This document shows, piece by piece, positions 17,239 to 25,770 of a stretch of DNA of 64,000 nt (positions within the stretch are counted from its first letter, which is position 1; the number at the start of each line of letters is the position of its first letter). The DNA is from Candidatus Sigynarchaeum calidifontis (GTDB lineage Archaea; Asgardarchaeota; Lokiarchaeia; Sigyniarchaeales; Sigyniarchaeaceae), in the NCBI GenBank assembly GCA_030587475.2, contig JAUQYZ020000253.1, forward strand, positions 1 to 64,000, given 5' to 3'. The position numbers were made by a program, and so were the translations under genes. Under the pieces are notes generated by a model that saw only the letters and a list, made by a program, of their open reading frames with translations, ran no database searches and was not told the origin of the DNA.

Positions 17239-18822
17239 ATGACGATTTCAATTGTATTAAAAGATAAAATGGACCGCATCGTGAAAGCGCCGCTGCGCAT
17301 CTACGATTCCATCGAGCGGGACATGGTCGACCATCGAACCGTGAAGGTCTCGATGGTTGCCGCCCTTCTGGTCTACCATGCATTGCTAGTGCTCGGGGTG
17401 ATATTTGCTCAATGGACGCCGGACTGGTCAGCCATCGACGGATACACGATATGGGACAATTGGATCAGCGATCTCGGCGGCAGCAAGTATACCGTGCCCC
17501 ACACGCCGTTGCCGATCTTGTATGACCTTGCATGCGTGTTCGCCGGGGCGTTGACGATCCCCTTGACATTTTTCCTTGAGGGCATCGTCGCGCCGCGGGA
17601 TAGCAACATGAGCCGGTGGCGGCTCAGGCTCGCGAGCCTCGGCTTCCTCTTTGGCCTTGTTGGGAACATCGGTTACATCGGCGTGGGCGTGTTCTCCGAG
17701 GACAGGAACTTCTGGGGACTCCATGGTATCACGTCCGCGCTCGCGTTCGGTGGCTTTGTCGTGAGCGGGTTCTTCATCGCGCTCTGCGCGTTGATCTACC
17801 GCACGAGAATACCAAAAAAGGTTGGCATCTACATGCTCTTCGTCCCGCCCATGACCATCGTCCTCCAGGCGCTGCCGGCGGTCGTGCCGGCCGTGAGCGG
17901 GCCGCTCATGGAATGGATGCTGCTCTTCTCCATCCTCGGGTGGGTGGACCCGCTCTCCATCATCACATTGGCTGGATTCAGGCGCGAGGAGGAGATTCGA
18001 AAGCACGGCGGCGCGGTCGAGCCGCCGGCCCACCAGCAGAAAGGGATGGAATGGGTGCCCGTGAGGCGGTTCTTGCGGAAAAAACTGGATTTTTTGAAAA
18101 TGATTGCCGACCGCCTGGAAGGCGTCTACACGGACGAGAAGGTGTTCAAGGTCGTCGCCTGGGCCGGCATCGTCGCGTGCCCGGCGCTGCTCCTCGCCGG
18201 GATCCTGGTCGCCGCGTCGGGTGGATTTAGCATCGGGATCGACGCCCCGACCGCACTGGGCTCGGTTGCCTTCACGCCGGCCCCGTGGCTGTTTGACGCG
18301 TTCTGCATCGTGATCGGGGTGCTCGCGATACCGGCCGTGTATTATTTCGAAAAGCAGCTAGCACCGCTGCCTGACCAGCTTGGCGGCGACCTTTCCCGCC
18401 CGAGATACAAGCTGACCACGTACGGGCTGGTGCTGGGCATCCTGGGAAGTTTCGGGTTCGTCATCCTGGGCATCTTTTCCCGCGACAGGCCGGTGAAGGC
18501 GGGTCATTACACGGTACCCGTGTTCGCGTACGCCGAAATCGCCGGTTGCATCGCGTTCGCCCTCGCATTCATGTGCATCGGCGAGTGCATCTTGCTCTAC
18601 GAAACGGGTCACCCGAAGGTCTTGGGCTTGTACGGGCTGCTTGGCCCTTTCATCGCGCTCGTGGCATGGGCCGCCACGAGAACGGCGCTTGCCGAGTGGC
18701 TGGTCCTCTTCGCTATCATCGCCTTCATGGTCTTGTTGCTCGCTTCATGCATGGCGAGAACGTGCAAGGCGGGAACCGGCCTGCCCGTGAAGGGTACCAC
18801 GAAACCAGGTGATGGAAAATGA
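17239..18822 (+). CDS. Membrane protein with two tandem DUF998/Frag1-like 5-TM domains
   Basis: Internal duplication: NWISDLG/APTALG, GVFSED/GIFSRD, MEW/AEW. Confidence 0.75.
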   Translation: MTISIVLKDKMDRIVKAPLRIYDSIERDMVDHRTVKVSMVAALLVYHALLVLGVIFAQWTPDWSAIDGYTIWDNWISDLGGSKYTVPHTPLPILYDLACVFAGALTIPLTFFLEGIVAPRDSNMSRWRLRLASLGFLFGLVGNIGYIGVGVFSEDRNFWGLHGITSALAFGGFVVSGFFIALCALIYRTRIPKKVGIYMLFVPPMTIVLQALPAVVPAVSGPLMEWMLLFSILGWVDPLSIITLAGFRREEEIRKHGGAVEPPAHQQKGMEWVPVRRFLRKKLDFLKMIADRLEGVYTDEKVFKVVAWAGIVACPALLLAGILVAASGGFSIGIDAPTALGSVAFTPAPWLFDAFCIVIGVLAIPAVYYFEKQLAPLPDQLGGDLSRPRYKLTTYGLVLGILGSFGFVILGIFSRDRPVKAGHYTVPVFAYAEIAGCIAFALAFMCIGECILLYETGHPKVLGLYGLLGPFIALVAWAATRTALAEWLVLFAIIAFMVLLLASCMARTCKAGTGLPVKGTTKPGDGK

Positions 18823-19622
18823 CGCGACGAGACGATCGAAGAGCCACGGCCACCGTGATCGCGACCCTACTCATTAACCTATTCGCCATCGCCATTTTCC
18901 AAACAAGAATAGGTAACCGTGATGTGGAACCCGCCCGGCTCGGAAGCATCGCGGCAGCCGGCATTCACGATCCCGTGTCCATCGATGGCAATGCCGCAAT
19001 GGATGCCTTCTTTAATGGAAACGGCACGGACGGCGCTTCTTGGTTGTCAGCCTACATGTTACTGCAGCTCGATATCGATGCAAGCGGCAGCCCCGCCGGC
19101 ATCGAGCTCAAGAACACGAATCGCTTCATCATCATCCAATCATGCATGGTGAAAAACGCTGGAACGGGTGGGGATGGCATCCGCCTGGTAAATTGCACGA
19201 ACGTGAAGATCAGCTGCTGCGTGGTGGAGAATAACACGAACGGGATTTCGCTCAAGAACTGTGCCAACAACAGCATCTTCGAGACCAACGCGAGCTGGAA
19301 CGCTGCACACGGCGTGTTCCTGCAAAATTCGAGCCACAACAAGGTTTTGCTCAGCAACATCACGCGGAACGTCCAATACGGCGTTTATCTCGGCGACTCC
19401 TATCACAACGAGATCACGCGGAATTTCTTCAAGAAAAACGGCAACGGGTGCATATTCCTCGAAAATTCGCGGGAGAACATCATCACGGAGAATAGATGCG
19501 ACACGCCCGCAACACCAGGGTTCGATACCGCCTGGCTTGAGGTGTTCATCACGCTCGGCATCACGACCGTGCTGATCGTGAATCATCGAGGGAAACGCTG
19601 CCCGATCGAAGCCATTGCTTGA
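18819..19622 (+). CDS. Surface right-handed beta-helix (NosD-like) protein with a C-terminal PGF-type sorting signal
   Basis: Signal peptide; GI.L.N..N..I..N repeats; TPGFD followed by a TM and basic residues. Confidence 0.85.
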   Translation: MTRRDDRRATATVIATLLINLFAIAIFQTRIGNRDVEPARLGSIAAAGIHDPVSIDGNAAMDAFFNGNGTDGASWLSAYMLLQLDIDASGSPAGIELKNTNRFIIIQSCMVKNAGTGGDGIRLVNCTNVKISCCVVENNTNGISLKNCANNSIFETNASWNAAHGVFLQNSSHNKVLLSNITRNVQYGVYLGDSYHNEITRNFFKKNGNGCIFLENSRENIITENRCDTPATPGFDTAWLEVFITLGITTVLIVNHRGKRCPIEAIA

Positions 19623-19780
19623 TCGCGCTCATTTATTCTCTTAACCTCTTTTTACCTATACGAGCGAAATTTCGTGTGTACAAAGATCTGTGGCAGAGCC
19701 ACGATCTTTATATCTGGCGATGTCAATATCATAACAAACGAATATGAGAGGAATCAAAGGCAGAGCGTGATTTCACCACG

Positions 19781-20350
19781 ATGAGCACCCGGGGGAGTTC
19801 ACAAATAACACCGTCACACGTCGACTATGCTTGGAAGGTCATCATTGGGGGCGAAGGGGGCGTTGGCAAGTCAACGCTGATCCATCGTTATGTGTACAAA
19901 GAATTCAAGGACAACACGGCGATGACGATCGGCTGCTCGCATCATAGCCAGTATATCGATCGATACAATAAAACCATAAACCTCATCCTCTGGGACCTGG
20001 GTGGCCAAGAGCGGTTCCAAATGCTGCACCCCGCCTATGCAACGGGAGCGGCGGCTGGCTACGTCTGTTTCGACATGGCGGCACTAGAGACGCTGAAAAA
20101 CGTCGACAAGTGGGCGCAGCTCATCCGGAAGTTCAACAAGCCCGACACGCCTGTCCTTCTTGTCGGCACGAAATACGACTTGATGCAAACGCAAGAACAA
20201 TTGGACGAAGTCTGCGCGCTTGCGAACCAGAAAGTAGCTGCCCTCGGCCTCGACGCGTTCATGGTCACGTCGTCCAAGATGAACGTGAACGTCGACGAGA
20301 CCATCAACTACATGATCGATTACCTGCTCTGGAAAAACAGCAGCGCGTGA
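19781..20350 (+). CDS. Rab/Ras-like small GTPase
   Basis: GEGGVGKS, TIG, WDLGGQERF, GTKYD, TSSK. Confidence 0.92.
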   Translation: MSTRGSSQITPSHVDYAWKVIIGGEGGVGKSTLIHRYVYKEFKDNTAMTIGCSHHSQYIDRYNKTINLILWDLGGQERFQMLHPAYATGAAAGYVCFDMAALETLKNVDKWAQLIRKFNKPDTPVLLVGTKYDLMQTQEQLDEVCALANQKVAALGLDAFMVTSSKMNVNVDETINYMIDYLLWKNSSA

Positions 20351-20425
20351 GCCAGACCTGGCACGCGCATCAGAGCACGCGGGCGGATCCAAACCCATTT
20401 ATCCCCCCACGAGAAGGACGGATGC

Positions 20426-21160
20426 ATGCTCGGCTCGGCATTCCTGCGGTTCGTGGGCGGGCACTTCACGGTGAAGGCCGCGATCGCCTTCATCGTCGCC
20501 GTCATGGGTATAATCGCCACGTGCCTCGTCATTTCCTGGCAGCTCTACGAAACTTGCAGCGGCGGCGGGGAATTCAACCTCGTCGATTACCAGATTTCGT
20601 TCCTCGGCGACCCGCTCACGAACCCGTGTGGCCATCACCTATTCACGGCAACCCTCTGGACGCTGGGCTGTGCCGCCGTCCCGCTGCTGTCGTTCTATCG
20701 CCGTGCGCTCGCGGCGCTCGAGGCCCGCGTGGCTGGCGTGTTCACTTTTTTCTTCGCCCTCGGCATTCCCGCCATGTTCGTTGTCGGCATCGTCCCGTGG
20801 TCCTTGGATCCGGACGTTCACATCATCTCCGCGGGCATGGCGTTCGGCGGCGCTGGCGTCGCGTATCTCCTCGCGGGCATCGGGATCATCATTGCCAGGG
20901 TACGCGATCGTGCCGGCAAGATCCCGGCAAGCCTCGTCATGCCGTTCCTCGTGTACGTCCCGTTCGTCATCCTCGGGATCTGGGTGCAAATGGGCAACTA
21001 TCTCGAGTACGGACGGGTCTACAACGTGGGCGAATCGTGGCGATCGTTCTTGCTTTGGGAATGGCTGCTGTTCTTCGCGGTGCTTTCCATGTGCGCTTCC
21101 ACGACGATTGCCCTCGCCCGGCCCGCTAGATCACGAGCAAAGCCCACCCGCGAACGATAG
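20426..21160 (+). CDS. DUF998/Frag1-like membrane protein (single domain)
   Basis: YQISFLG..NP, GIVP...H..SA..AFGG and WEW motifs; 5-6 TM. Confidence 0.7.
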   Translation: MLGSAFLRFVGGHFTVKAAIAFIVAVMGIIATCLVISWQLYETCSGGGEFNLVDYQISFLGDPLTNPCGHHLFTATLWTLGCAAVPLLSFYRRALAALEARVAGVFTFFFALGIPAMFVVGIVPWSLDPDVHIISAGMAFGGAGVAYLLAGIGIIIARVRDRAGKIPASLVMPFLVYVPFVILGIWVQMGNYLEYGRVYNVGESWRSFLLWEWLLFFAVLSMCASTTIALARPARSRAKPTRER

Positions 21161-21218
21161 CGGGGTTCTCGATAGACAAACTATCAATGAAGATGGCATT
21201 CCGCGTGCAGAAACGACG

Positions 21219-21602
21219 TTAAACTTTCTGCTGCTTGGCCAGGATGGCGACACACAGCTCGTCGCTACCGACCTTCAAGGCCTTCACGATGCGGGCATCC
21301 GTGCTTTCGAAATGCACGTCGAGGAACAAAAACACGGGTGATTTCAATTTTTTAGAAAGAAGCTCCGATGTAGTCTTCGCGATGACCTCGTACTTGAAAT
21401 TCGTGAGCGGTAGCGCGGACGAAACAACCGGCGCCTCGGCAAGACGCGTTGGTGCCGCGATCGCCATGTTCCCGAGGCCGGGCGCCCCGCTCGCGTCATC
21501 GGTCACGAGCACGACATAGGCGTTCCGCAGCCGGATCGCGTGGTAGAAAAAGGTGATGGGGCCGATCGAGGCCTGGTGCTCGTAGATTTCCCCCAGTGGC
21601 AT
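21219..21602 (-). CDS. Proteasome assembly chaperone PAC4/PSMG4-like protein
   Basis: YHAIRLRNAYVVLV...LGNMAIAAP...VSSAL...LLSKKLKSPVFL parallels recalled PAC4 (FHVMRL.DS.FLWV...L.NLAVAM...VSTSL...RLARKT.KQVFV). Confidence 0.65.
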   Translation of the reverse strand: MPLGEIYEHQASIGPITFFYHAIRLRNAYVVLVTDDASGAPGLGNMAIAAPTRLAEAPVVSSALPLTNFKYEVIAKTTSELLSKKLKSPVFLFLDVHFESTDARIVKALKVGSDELCVAILAKQQKV

Positions 21603-21609
21603 GGCTTCA

Positions 21610-22443
21610 TCAGTCCAGGCTTATCTTGCCCCCGGAAAACAATTCACGGATGACCTCGTCGGTCGTGAAATTCTCGTGGACGAGCTTGCACAGCGCCCTG
21701 GTGAGGAGAGTCGGATCCTTGGACTGGAAAATGTTACGCCCGAATGCCACGCCCCGCGCGCCAGCTTTCATAGCGTCCTCGACCGTTTGGAACAGTTTCT
21801 TGATGCCATCGACCTTTGGCCCCCCGGCGATGATGATCGGGGCGGGACACCCCTTGACGACCTCCTTGAAGCTATCGATGTCGCCAGTGTAGTTGGTCTT
21901 GATGATGTCGGCACCCAGCTCGGCGCCGAGGCGTGCCGCGAGCTTGACGGCGTCCGGGTCGTGCTCGCTCTTGACCTTGGCGCCCCGCGGGTACATCATG
22001 GCAAGGAGCGGATAGCCCCAGTGGCGACATTGCTTGGACACGTGACCCAGGTCCCGCAACGCTTCGGGCTCGTTCTCCGCCCCCACGTTAATATGCACGC
22101 TCACCGCGTCGGCGCCGATCTTGATGGCCTCCTCGATATCGGTGACGAGGGTCTTCTGGTTGGGGTCGGGCGCGAGCATTGTCGAGGCCGACAAGTGGAT
22201 GATGAGGCCAATGTCCCGCCCGGCCATGCCCACGGAGCCCCGGTGGCCGTACAACGGCACGAGCAAGTGCCCCAGAACTGCATCCGCGCCGCCCTCGGCG
22301 ACCATGTTCACCATCTTCGGCAAATCCTCGATTCCCTGGATGGGACCAACCGTGACGCCATGATCCATTGGTATTATAACCGATTTACCCGTTTTCCTGT
22401 TCATGATGCGCTCCAGGCGCACTTTTTTCCCGATCATGCTCAT
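21610..22443 (-). CDS. DhnA-type class I aldolase; probable 2-amino-3,7-dideoxy-D-threo-hept-6-ulosonate (ADH) synthase
   Basis: [36 protein letters not shown] (Schiff-base Lys), AGG, GRNIFQ. Confidence 0.85.
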   Translation of the reverse strand: MSMIGKKVRLERIMNRKTGKSVIIPMDHGVTVGPIQGIEDLPKMVNMVAEGGADAVLGHLLVPLYGHRGSVGMAGRDIGLIIHLSASTMLAPDPNQKTLVTDIEEAIKIGADAVSVHINVGAENEPEALRDLGHVSKQCRHWGYPLLAMMYPRGAKVKSEHDPDAVKLAARLGAELGADIIKTNYTGDIDSFKEVVKGCPAPIIIAGGPKVDGIKKLFQTVEDAMKAGARGVAFGRNIFQSKDPTLLTRALCKLVHENFTTDEVIRELFSGGKISLD

Positions 22444-22553
22444 GACATTCACTTGTTCATTTTTAACATGGTTTCGATGCGCTCTTCACCACGCATCGCG
22501 TGGATCGACTCTCTTTGAGGATAGAAAAGGAGCCGGGAAAAAAACGATCGCGA

Positions 22554-22973
22554 TCAGCTCGTCTTGATGATCTCGATGTCCACGGCCTTGAACTGGGGGA
22601 TCTTCTGGAATCTCTCCTTGATGGTGCTCATTATATCGCTACCCTGCATCTCCACGTAGGCCTCGTAGCAGCACTCCTTCTCGTGAAAGCAGATCCCGCT
22701 GGTATGGACGGTCGTGATACGCAGGTCGTAGATGATGTCGGCGATGCTCTTCACGGTCTGGGGAGAGAACTCGGTCAGATGCACGACGATCTTCAGCACC
22801 TCCTTGGCCTTGCAAGGGATGATGGAGATCTTCATGTTGTCTGGGCGGGAGTTGAAGATAACGAGGTAACTACTGGCCTCCGCGGTAAACTGGCGGAGTG
22901 CTTCCGGCGGAATCACCAGCGTGGTGAGGTTTTCTCGCGTGAGCATGATACCCGTCGATATATGCTGGCTCAT
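22554..22973 (-). CDS. Putative AbrB-like plus ACT-domain regulator
   Basis: N-terminal LVIPPEALRQF hairpin-like motif; C-terminal beta-alpha-beta-beta-alpha-beta pattern ending FQKIPQFKAVDI; starts 19 nt after the longin gene. Confidence 0.55.
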   Translation of the reverse strand: MSQHISTGIMLTRENLTTLVIPPEALRQFTAEASSYLVIFNSRPDNMKISIIPCKAKEVLKIVVHLTEFSPQTVKSIADIIYDLRITTVHTSGICFHEKECCYEAYVEMQGSDIMSTIKERFQKIPQFKAVDIEIIKTS

Positions 22974-22992
22974 TTCTAGTTCATCCCTTCTC

Positions 22993-24444
22993 TCAATCTT
23001 TTCTAATGCGATCCTTGTCGACGCCATCATTATCTTTTTTCAACCGATCAGCGTCGATTCCGGATTTCTTGATGAATTTGCTCGTGATTTTATCGACGAT
23101 CACGTCGAACGGCGAATCATCGAGTAGCCCAGCGCTAGTGCTTGTAACCGGTGCGTCAGCCTGCTTCTGCTCCTTGGCCGGGGGTACGAAAGCAGGTGGC
23201 GATCCGGCCATCATGTCCTCGCCAGGAAACAAGTCCTTCAAGTCCTCGCGCACATCCGCGGCAACTTGCGGGGGAATGAATGGCCGCGGGATCCGGGCGA
23301 TCTTTTCCTTGTCTGGCAGGGCGTTTTGTATGTATTCGGGAAATTGATCCACGATATCGATGTCCGTCTTGAGCATAACATAGACCGTTCCTTGATATTC
23401 GAATTCATCGATGATATTGTCATTTTTGAGGTCCTCGATCACGTTGATCTTCGTGGCGACGACCGGTCCCTGGCGCAAGATGGCCCCGATCTTGGCCTTC
23501 GGGATCGGCATCTTCCGCAGCTCGGAGATGAGGTTGTAATGCTTCGGCATCGCCATGGCCGAGAACAGCTTGAGCTTGTCCGCATCATCCTTGTCGGACT
23601 TGTAGTTGCTGAAATACGCACCCACGAGGCTGATATAGTGCTCGATGACCGGCCGCGGCAAGTCGACCTGGTCGGCATTATCGAAGAGCTCCATCGCGCA
23701 CGCCGGCGGAACCCGGTGCACGTCGATGTCTTTCACGAGGATGGCGTAGGTCTCTGGCCCGATCTTGTTGATGACGATGAATTTTTGCTCCTCGAGCATG
23801 GAAATGATCTTGTCGAAGTCCCTGTTGAAGTGCTGCTCCTCGAACCACTGGCGCAGCTCGTTATAGCGAACGGGATGCTTGGAAAGCTTGCGGATCGTGT
23901 TGTAGATCGCCGGGTTGACCATCAAGTTCGCGATGATCTCCTCGTGGCTTTTCTGCCGGATCTCTTCCTTCGTGGAATAATAGAGCTCCTTGAGCCACTT
24001 CATGACGATGGCGTAGCTCTGGTTCAGCTCAGCGTCGCTTTCGCTTGGGATGATCGATTCTGAGCCTGGTGCAATTTTGGGAGAATGGTAGAAAGCTTTG
24101 AATAAGTCCGCCCGTCCGTGCATCTTGGTCACAAAATCGGTAATCCATGAAAGAATTTCGAGCTCCTTATCCGAGCTAGGCTTTTCCTTGAAAATAATAG
24201 AGCACATCAGCATTTCCTTGAGACCCCGCGCCCAGTCACTCTTGATCTCGAAATAATAATTGAGGGACGTCGCGAAATCCTTGGTATTCAAGGAATGCCA
24301 GAACCAGCCCTCGTTCGTCGTTTGATCGAAGATCTGGTTCAGTGTCATCTTCTCCTCCTCGCCGACCTTCTCGGGGTACTCCATGTAGACTGTGGGCCCG
24401 ATTTTCCGGTCGAAATAGCTTAACGCGACGATGAGCTCTGCCAT
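22993..24444 (-). CDS. Longin/uDENN-like domain plus two winged-helix-like repeats (NPRL2/FLCN-like)
   Basis: LSYFDRKIGPTVYMEYPE N-terminus, FEIKSDWARG motif, two repeats ending F/IIVINK..TYAILVKDI and IIDEFE..VYVMLKTDI. Confidence 0.7.
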   Translation of the reverse strand: MAELIVALSYFDRKIGPTVYMEYPEKVGEEEKMTLNQIFDQTTNEGWFWHSLNTKDFATSLNYYFEIKSDWARGLKEMLMCSIIFKEKPSSDKELEILSWITDFVTKMHGRADLFKAFYHSPKIAPGSESIIPSESDAELNQSYAIVMKWLKELYYSTKEEIRQKSHEEIIANLMVNPAIYNTIRKLSKHPVRYNELRQWFEEQHFNRDFDKIISMLEEQKFIVINKIGPETYAILVKDIDVHRVPPACAMELFDNADQVDLPRPVIEHYISLVGAYFSNYKSDKDDADKLKLFSAMAMPKHYNLISELRKMPIPKAKIGAILRQGPVVATKINVIEDLKNDNIIDEFEYQGTVYVMLKTDIDIVDQFPEYIQNALPDKEKIARIPRPFIPPQVAADVREDLKDLFPGEDMMAGSPPAFVPPAKEQKQADAPVTSTSAGLLDDSPFDVIVDKITSKFIKKSGIDADRLKKDNDGVDKDRIRKD

Positions 24445-24808
24445 TCTCAGGATCTCTTCATTTCTTCACACATAAAGCCCCGTAGGACGAGGGCCACGCG
24501 ACATGGCCCGTGATCGATGATGCGTGGATAGTCGGTTTCTCCGTGTATCGTATAGCTAAGCAAATAGCACGATAAATAGTTAAGCGCGCGTGACGTGGTG
24601 CCACGTTCGAGTCATCCATGAGGGGATTATCGAGCCCCTAAAATGCCCCGTTGCCCCCCGATCGTGCCCCCCACATCCCGCTGACACACAAATTCATTGC
24701 GCATTGTAACTTACATTTACTTGATAGTGGTTGATAATAGCTGGCATGAAAATCTTTTACACGGAAAACCGATGATGTTAATTCCATAATTCTATTTGGT
24801 GCTCTTAA

Positions 24809-25753
24809 TTGAGTGGAGTGAAAATCCTTTTTGCCGGTCTTGATAGTGCAGGAAAAACTTCTTTCCTGAACGCGCTGGAGGAGAAATACAGCACTTTACC
24901 GAATATCAAACCCACGTTTGGCCCAGACCGGCGCGAGTTTTCGATTTTCGGCTTCACGATCTCGAACTGGGACCTCGGCGGTCAGGAGACGTATCGAAAG
25001 GAATATATCCAAGAAAAGGAGCGTTATTTCTCCAGCCTGAACGCCCTCTTCTACGTGGTGGACATCCAAAACACGCGGCGGGACGACGAGGCGTTCGGGT
25101 ACTTGAAATCGATCATCGACGTGCTCGACGAGTTCAAGGAGAATCCGGCAATCATCGTGTGCTGGCACAAGTGCGACAAGGACCTCGAGGCCAAGCCGGA
25201 GACGGTCGACCGCATCGCGAAGCTGGAAAACCGGCTAGCCATGACCATCGGCACGCGCAAGGCCAAGACGTTCAGGACCAGCATCTTCGACAAGTGGACG
25301 CTGCTCAAGGCGTTCTCGCAAGGCCTCCTTGCGGTCTCGCCCAAGACCATGATCATCGAGTCCCAGCTCAAGGACTTCGCGCGCAAGACGTTCTCCAGCG
25401 CCGTGATGGTCCTCGATTCCAACCACTTGCTCCTGGGTTCGCACACGACGTCACCTGCCTTGCAAGAGGTCTGCGAGGCCATCGTCCCGCATTTCGCGGT
25501 CGCTGCGGAGCGCGTCGGCCAGTACGACATCAACTTGCTGAACCTCGTGCTGAGCCTCAAGCCGGGCAAGTACTACGCCGACCTCATCCAGGGCAAGGAC
25601 ATGGTCATCTTGTTCATCCCGCTCAAGGTGGGCACGTTGACCTTCTCGGTGCTCTCGCTCACGAAGAACCCGAAGACCCTCAAGCTGCTGCTCAAGCACA
25701 GCGACGCTCTCGCCAGCAACATGGAGGACATCATCAAGTCATTCTATTTCTAG
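24809..25753 (+). CDS. Arf/Rag-like small GTPase with a C-terminal roadblock-like domain
   Basis: GLDSAGKTS, PT.G, WDLGGQ, HKCD, FRTSIFD..LLKAFS, then a ~140-aa C-terminal domain; TTG start. Confidence 0.88.
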   Translation: MSGVKILFAGLDSAGKTSFLNALEEKYSTLPNIKPTFGPDRREFSIFGFTISNWDLGGQETYRKEYIQEKERYFSSLNALFYVVDIQNTRRDDEAFGYLKSIIDVLDEFKENPAIIVCWHKCDKDLEAKPETVDRIAKLENRLAMTIGTRKAKTFRTSIFDKWTLLKAFSQGLLAVSPKTMIIESQLKDFARKTFSSAVMVLDSNHLLLGSHTTSPALQEVCEAIVPHFAVAAERVGQYDINLLNLVLSLKPGKYYADLIQGKDMVILFIPLKVGTLTFSVLSLTKNPKTLKLLLKHSDALASNMEDIIKSFYF

Positions 25754-25770
25754 AATCCAAGCGAGCGTTT

